This document shows, piece by piece, positions 16,492 through 21,879 of a stretch of DNA of 21,879 bases. The DNA lies in NCBI GenBank assembly GCA_040754455.1, contig JBFMCP010000046.1, positions 1 through 21,879 on the forward strand, given 5' to 3'. The position numbers and the translations under genes are program-made. Positions within the stretch are counted from its first letter, which is position 1. Each line of letters starts with the position of its first letter. The notes beneath the pieces were generated by a model. The model worked only from the letters and a program-made list of their open reading frames with translations, was not told the DNA's origin and ran no database searches. The DNA is from Nitrospirota bacterium (GTDB taxonomy: Bacteria; Nitrospirota; Thermodesulfovibrionia; Thermodesulfovibrionales; Dissulfurispiraceae).

Positions 16492-17327
16492 TTGTGCAAC
16501 TGTTTCCTGTATTCAGAATATTTTCGAGCGATTTCTTTCTCGTACTGTGTCATAAATAGGCACATGTCCAGACCGGCAGCACCATCAAGAAAGCCCTTTT
16601 TCAAAATATACATATAGAAAAATCTTAACAGCCATCTCACCGGAAGATATGGCCAAAGCCGCTCTTTCACCGCCCGCCGACGCTCAAGGGCATTCCCGAA
16701 GAAGGATGGTTTAAGCCCGTCGATAGCATGTCCAGAAATTACCTTTACCATCTCGCGAGCTTCCAGCTCGGCATATTTGAGGTGTTTTTGCCAGATATAA
16801 TCCCTGCCGCGCCGGTCTTCATGACGCATCTCACCTTTAAGATAGCCGACAGGACCGTCAACAACCATGTGCTCATGCACACCACGCTCCTCATAACGCG
16901 CCCTTCCTCGCCTGAAAAACCGGAGATTCCATGAGGGATAATATCCGCAATGGCGTATCTCTTTTCCTTCCCAGATAAAGAAACGGTTTACGTAAAATCC
17001 GGTTTTATCGGTCATCACTTTTCCTGTAGAGATCGCAAGCAGTTCGTCGCGCAGCTCTGGAGTAATGCTTTCATCCGCATCGAGAATAAATATCCAGTCA
17101 CTTGTAATCGGAAGATTATCCAATCCCCAGTTTTTCTGCCCTGCGTATCCCACCCAAGCATGATAAACAAAATGCACTCCGTAGCGCACAGCTAGTTCCT
17201 TGGTCCGATCCGTCGAGCCTGAGTCGAGGATAAAGACTTGATCTGCGAATGAGCAGCTTTCGAGAGCAAAAGGGAGATTCTGTTCTTCATTTAGGGTAGG
17301 TATCAGAAAGGAGATATTACTTTCCAT
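16488..17327 (-). CDS. Glycosyltransferase family 2 (beta-1,4-glucosyltransferase-like)
   Basis: IPTLNEE, LDSGSTDRT, QKNWGL, WIFILDADE, VHEH and GFLDG motifs; 4-bp overlap with the next gene. Confidence 0.93.
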   Translation of the reverse strand: MESNISFLIPTLNEEQNLPFALESCSFADQVFILDSGSTDRTKELAVRYGVHFVYHAWVGYAGQKNWGLDNLPITSDWIFILDADESITPELRDELLAISTGKVMTDKTGFYVNRFFIWEGKEIRHCGYYPSWNLRFFRRGRARYEERGVHEHMVVDGPVGYLKGEMRHEDRRGRDYIWQKHLKYAELEAREMVKVISGHAIDGLKPSFFGNALERRRAVKERLWPYLPVRWLLRFFYMYILKKGFLDGAAGLDMCLFMTQYEKEIARKYSEYRKQLHK

Positions 17328-17339
17328 GAAGCTTAGGAG

Positions 17340-17906
17340 TTACGAGAGCACACGTTTCTTAATGATGCGTGCGGGATTACCTGCAACGACGGTCCAAGGC
17401 TCGACATCCTTGACAACAACGCTTCGCGCTCCAACAACTGCACCGTCACCAATAGTAACGCCGGGGCCAATAAATGCGCCCGCGGCAATCCAGACATTGT
17501 TCCCTATAGTAATTTTTCTCCGTGCTAACGGAAGCGTAGGGTCGGTATAATCATGGGTTCCGCCGCAGATATACACATCCTGGGAGATAACGGTCTGGTT
17601 GCCAATGCTCACGCCACCAAGATTGTAAATGTTTGAACGTGGCCCAACAACCACATACTCGCCAACCGAAAGATTCCAAGGCATCTCGATCCATGTGCCA
17701 CCACAAAAAGCGACCTTCAGAGTCGTCTTGGTTCCGAAAAAGCGAAGGATAAGAGGCCGAAGCCAATAGATGCGTCTCCAGCATAAGCGCCACACAGTGT
17801 GCCAGACAATTAGCCACAGCGCTCGTTGGACGTACTCTTTAAAGGAATATGGCCAGCTTATGCCATCCTCCAATCTCTTCTGCTTTGTGTCTTCCATATC
17901 GATCAC
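17340..17906 (-). CDS. wcaF: WcaF-like hexapeptide-repeat O-acetyltransferase
   Basis: PWNLSVG, ISQDVYICGGTHDY, IGNNVWIAAGAFIGPGVTIGDGAVVGARSVV and VAGNPA. The start may be ATG 17897. Confidence 0.9.
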   Translation of the reverse strand: MIDMEDTKQKRLEDGISWPYSFKEYVQRALWLIVWHTVWRLCWRRIYWLRPLILRFFGTKTTLKVAFCGGTWIEMPWNLSVGEYVVVGPRSNIYNLGGVSIGNQTVISQDVYICGGTHDYTDPTLPLARRKITIGNNVWIAAGAFIGPGVTIGDGAVVGARSVVVKDVEPWTVVAGNPARIIKKRVLS

Positions 17907-17934
17907 ATCCGCATGTGGCTAAAATGTGCTTGCC

Positions 17935-18606
17935 TTACTGTAATTTATTAAAAATAAATTTGCCGATTTTAAACAATGAAGTTACGATTTTATTACTGAA
18001 CGATACCCATAAAAAATGAAGATTCCTCAAATCACTGTCAGTGATTTCCCGGACTCTTTTATTAATTACCATACTATGCAATTCATAATCCGATAAATCT
18101 TTTTCAACAAATTGCATCGGCTTTCTGACCTTTACAAAAATCCCAGGGTCTCGACGGTCTTTCTCTAAACTTATGAGCTCGCAGTCTGAAAAAATATTCT
18201 TCATATCATCTGATTCATACCGCCAGAAATCGCATGGTGTCGGATGGTAAGGGTACCCGTATGAGCGTGTCGTAATCAGTATAATTCCATCAGGCTTACA
18301 AATATTTTTAATATTTGACAATGCTTTTCGCCAGTCCCGTACGTGCTCTATTACTTCCGTCGATATCACCACGTCAAAAGACTCTTTACCAAATTCTTTG
18401 ATAATATCTTCCACATTGCAGATGACGTCAACACCTGGACCTTTTTCTATATCTGCTCCAATATATTCCGCAGGCTGCCATATTTCGAGAACAGGCCTGA
18501 GACTGCCATTAGCATCATATGATCCGATTTCAAGCACTCGTTTCCCTTGAATTTCCTCTTTCGTGAGATTTTTAACTCCGAATATAATGCCGCTCACATT
18601 GCACAT
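17935..18606 (-). CDS. Class I SAM-dependent methyltransferase
   Basis: VLEIGSYDANG, GPGVD, FDVVISTEVIEHV, KPDG and HP.P.DFWRY motifs. Confidence 0.9.
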   Translation of the reverse strand: MCNVSGIIFGVKNLTKEEIQGKRVLEIGSYDANGSLRPVLEIWQPAEYIGADIEKGPGVDVICNVEDIIKEFGKESFDVVISTEVIEHVRDWRKALSNIKNICKPDGIILITTRSYGYPYHPTPCDFWRYESDDMKNIFSDCELISLEKDRRDPGIFVKVRKPMQFVEKDLSDYELHSMVINKRVREITDSDLRNLHFLWVSFSNKIVTSLFKIGKFIFNKLQ

Positions 18607-18672
18607 TGTTATTAATTACCCTGCTGTTTATTCATAGACTTTTCTACCATTAATATTCTTCGCCATACACCG

Positions 18673-19329
18673 TTAAAGGGTACATTCAAAAACAAGCTCC
18701 CGAAAACGAAATAGTCTTCCAACGAGTTGAAGCATCCTAGCATATAAGTTGCCACCAAACCTCCTGAAAACTGGTATCAGCTTTCTTCTCGCGCCATAGT
18801 ATTCAAATCTGAATCTATCCACTTTGAATCCCGCCGCTACCAGTAAATTGTTCAATGTCTGGGGATTCCAGCAATACAGATGATGGTTTATATCATCGGC
18901 ATCGGGTATTTCATTCCACCGTTCACAGGGAACAACGAGGATCAATCGCCCGTGAGGTGCAAGATAGTCTCGAAAGCTTTCAAGAACCATTTTGGGGTGC
19001 TCAAGGTGTTCAAGGACATGTCTGCAGAGAATTGCATCGTACTTGTTTCCCTTCAGTTCGTCGAGGCTTTTAACTGCAACAATTCCGCTTTTTGCAGCAA
19101 TCTCTCTGCCCAAAATCGAAGGCTCGACCATATGAGCTTCGGCCCTCTCCTTTACCTTCAACAGGTTGTAGCCCAACCCGCCGCCGAATTCTAAAACACG
19201 CATGCCTGGTTTTATGCTGCCAAAATAGGCAAAGTCCGCAAAACAGCTCCAAGCTTTGCCTAAATCAGCATCGTTTAAGAATTCGCTGTGCCGCTTTTTG
19301 TGATAATCAGCAGCTTCGTAGCTAACCAT
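18673..19329 (-). CDS. Class I SAM-dependent methyltransferase
   Basis: VLEFGGGLG, YDAILCRHVLEHL, LAPHGRLILVVP and HLYCW motifs; overlaps the end of the upstream GT4 gene. Confidence 0.9.
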   Translation of the reverse strand: MVSYEAADYHKKRHSEFLNDADLGKAWSCFADFAYFGSIKPGMRVLEFGGGLGYNLLKVKERAEAHMVEPSILGREIAAKSGIVAVKSLDELKGNKYDAILCRHVLEHLEHPKMVLESFRDYLAPHGRLILVVPCERWNEIPDADDINHHLYCWNPQTLNNLLVAAGFKVDRFRFEYYGARRKLIPVFRRFGGNLYARMLQLVGRLFRFRELVFECTL

Positions 19330-20494
19330 TCCGCCTCTCTTCTATAGCCACCTTATTATATACCTCTATCCACTGCTGCACAATATTCTCCCATTTGAAT
19401 TTATCGGAGAAATTTAACGCATTTTGAGCCATATGCTTTCGGTTTTCGCTTGAAAGACAGATTTGATCAATAGCCTTAGCCCACTTTATTTCGTCAAAAT
19501 CTTCAGGCATTATGGCAGCACCTGCTTCGAACGCCTCATCGAAATTGCACTCTCTTGATATGACCAATGGCAATCCGGCGCCCACTGCTTCACAGAGTGC
19601 AATCGGCATGCCCTCTCCCCGTGAAGGCAGGCAGAAGCATGACGCATGAGCAAGCAACTGCCATTTTTCCAGTCCGTAGGCAGGACCGTAGAGCAGCACA
19701 CTCTCGCCCATTCCCACACGCCTGATTTCCTCTTCGACAGCGGCTCTATGATTATACGAGTCCGGACCGACAATAACCAGCTTGTGTGATTTCCTGGACT
19801 CCGACACTGCAAAAGCTCTCACCAGCAACTCCGGCTGTTTACGAGGGTCAAGATAGCCTAAGTAGAGGATATAGGGCTCATTGATCAGCCTGGAGTCTAT
19901 CCTTCGCGCCTGCTCGCACAGGTGAGCGTCGAACCCGTTGGGAACAATCGAAAAGCCCCCCGTCAAGCCCAATTGAGGAAACGCAGATGCCTCTCCCTTG
20001 CTGCCCAAAACAATTCTCGATGCCCCGCTCACGGCCCTTCGCCCCCATAACCTCCACCAGAGCATCTTTTCTCTTCTATGCTGATCGAGAAAGGTATCGC
20101 TCAGCTTTCCATGGGGTGTGAAAACAAAGGGGATGTCTCCGCGCAGAAGCTGTATCATTGCCTGTTCCGTAAAAGCGGAGAAGCAGGTGTGAACATGGGC
20201 AATGGATGGACGCGTAATAGTTTTGATCAAAGGCTTCAATGAACCCACGGGGCCCAACAAAGGATGTCCTCGCTGGGAAATGACATGGACCGTCAATCCG
20301 TCCTTTTTCCTATAAACTCCGGGCTCGGACTTTTTGACACCCAACTCCCTGTTGCCACAGATAATCTGCACCTCCATTTTGCGTTCGATGAGGCCCAAGC
20401 ATATCTGCCGCACAACATTCGCAACCCCGCCCGTCTCGCGGTCAAAATCGACATAGCAGGGACAGAAGTGGACGATTATAGGAGTGCATTTCAT
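19322..20494 (-). CDS. Glycosyltransferase family 4
   Basis: GGVANVV, TPHG, VPNG, LGYLDPRK and an EX7E motif in PSRGEGMPIALCEA. Confidence 0.92.
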   Translation of the reverse strand: MKCTPIIVHFCPCYVDFDRETGGVANVVRQICLGLIERKMEVQIICGNRELGVKKSEPGVYRKKDGLTVHVISQRGHPLLGPVGSLKPLIKTITRPSIAHVHTCFSAFTEQAMIQLLRGDIPFVFTPHGKLSDTFLDQHRREKMLWWRLWGRRAVSGASRIVLGSKGEASAFPQLGLTGGFSIVPNGFDAHLCEQARRIDSRLINEPYILYLGYLDPRKQPELLVRAFAVSESRKSHKLVIVGPDSYNHRAAVEEEIRRVGMGESVLLYGPAYGLEKWQLLAHASCFCLPSRGEGMPIALCEAVGAGLPLVISRECNFDEAFEAGAAIMPEDFDEIKWAKAIDQICLSSENRKHMAQNALNFSDKFKWENIVQQWIEVYNKVAIEERRNG

Positions 20495-20658
20495 AACCTG
20501 ATTCCGTTTGCTGCCTAATCTATTTTCAAATGGTTTGTAGGAGACGCGTCGTCCAAAATCCAGCTGTTTACAGAATACATTGTTGCTGCAATCATTGACC
20601 TGTTGAACTTATAATGTGAGACGTTACACACGCTGGGCCAAAACATAGAGACTTGATT

Positions 20659-21861
20659 CTAATGTGTCCGAACAAAATCAGGCATTTTCTTTCGCTCGAT
20701 AAGCCACTTATAGAAGCCTATCATTCTCTCGGTAACAGACCGCCATGAATACTTATCCTCTACAAGTTTTCGACCTCGTATCCCCATTTCCGCTCTCGTC
20801 GTGTCGGAAACGCTCAAAGCTTCACGCAGAGCATTTACACAACCATCAAAACCTACGTCAGTCCACCATCCGCATCTGAAATCAACTAGTTCCTTCCAAG
20901 GAGTTCCTTTAGTTGTAATCACTGGGACTGCAGATGCCAAGGCTTCGATAATGACATTGCCGAAATTTTCGCTGTATGAAGGAAGAATAAAAAGGTCTGC
21001 TTCATCAAAAAGTGACTGCTTATCATTTCCATATGCAGGGTCGAAGACAGATATGCAGTTTTGAAGTTGATAGTTTGAAATGACCTTCAATATTTCTTTC
21101 TTATATCCACCCTCATCGGGTCCTACGATATTCAACCTCCATGAAGCCATCTGAGGGAAATTGTTTAATGTCAGATGATTCCATGCGTTTATTAAGTCAA
21201 TAACACCTTTTTTAGGGCTCAGTCTCGATAAAAACAGAGCAATACGATACTTCTTTTCTGTCGCTTTAAGTTTGTCCACAGGCGGTAAAACAACGCCGTT
21301 AGGAATTACAGCAATAGGCTGCTTGAAACCTAGGCTCCTTATACCCTCAGCCTCCTGGCTACTCGTTGCGCAGAAAGCAGCAGCATTTAGTAGATCATGC
21401 TTCTGATATAAATGCCAAGCTATTTTCTTTTTTAATCTCTTATGATTTAATGACCACTCTTCCAACATCCCTCTTGGACTAACAATGAGAGGAATGTTCA
21501 CTTTTTTGGCGACTCTCGATGCAATGTGATTAACTTCCAACCAAAGGCCATGCGAATGCAGCAAGGTTGCACCTCGTATATTTCTATATAAATCTGCCTT
21601 AAACTTGAACGGTGCGTAGACCTTAAGCCCCTTAACTAATACCCCCTCCGTAAAATTGACCTTAACATTATTTTGAGAAGGCAAGACGTTTGCCACCTCA
21701 TAACCTCTTAGCGATAAGGTATGAATCGTTGTGCAAATCCCTGCTTGTGATAAAGATTCACAGAGCCTTACAACAGAGACTGCAGGTCCACCTGTCGATT
21801 CGTACAGGCTTGAGATACAGTGATGAATCACAATTTCTTTTTTATCATCCATGACAACCAT
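20659..21861 (-). CDS. Glycosyltransferase family 4
   Basis: GGPAVSV, HSHGLW, SPRGML, IPNGV, LSRLSPKKG and an EX7E motif in PSYSENFGNVIIEAL. The start may be ATG 21852. Confidence 0.93.
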   Translation of the reverse strand: MVVMDDKKEIVIHHCISSLYESTGGPAVSVVRLCESLSQAGICTTIHTLSLRGYEVANVLPSQNNVKVNFTEGVLVKGLKVYAPFKFKADLYRNIRGATLLHSHGLWLEVNHIASRVAKKVNIPLIVSPRGMLEEWSLNHKRLKKKIAWHLYQKHDLLNAAAFCATSSQEAEGIRSLGFKQPIAVIPNGVVLPPVDKLKATEKKYRIALFLSRLSPKKGVIDLINAWNHLTLNNFPQMASWRLNIVGPDEGGYKKEILKVISNYQLQNCISVFDPAYGNDKQSLFDEADLFILPSYSENFGNVIIEALASAVPVITTKGTPWKELVDFRCGWWTDVGFDGCVNALREALSVSDTTRAEMGIRGRKLVEDKYSWRSVTERMIGFYKWLIERKKMPDFVRTH

Positions 21862-21879
21862 TATAAAGGCTAAAGGTAT

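Overview
This window is part of a Gram-negative Wzy-type exopolysaccharide/surface-glycan locus, nearly all on the minus strand. The gene set suggests a Desulfobacterota/Nitrospirota-like organism, which is an inference. Reading right to left: (1) an AT-richer tailoring block with two GT4, two SAM methyltransferases, a WcaF-like acetyltransferase and two GT2; (2) an IS scar, where a 442-bp internally deleted IS481-family element retains both inverted repeats, abuts a 5'-truncated IS200/IS605 tnpA and has no target duplication; (3) a plus-strand AAA_14/DUF4143 ATPase that appears leaderless; (4) a ~1034-aa secreted protein with two beta-propeller-like repeat domains, one encoded by near-identical 144-bp repeats; (5) a GC-rich export block behind a clean sigma54 -24/-12 motif, containing a frameshifted WecA/MraY-family transferase, a small secreted 14-aa-repeat protein, an outer-membrane beta-barrel, a short non-lipoprotein Wza/OPX, Wzc, a PHP phosphatase and an O-antigen-ligase/TPR fusion. 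The window starts with the 3' end of a convergent HEXXH metallopeptidase-like gene. The best candidate for an undescribed system is the small repeat protein, beta-barrel, short OPX and WaaL-TPR module, possibly a protein-linked polysaccharide anchoring system. All calls come from reading motifs; no database searches were run.
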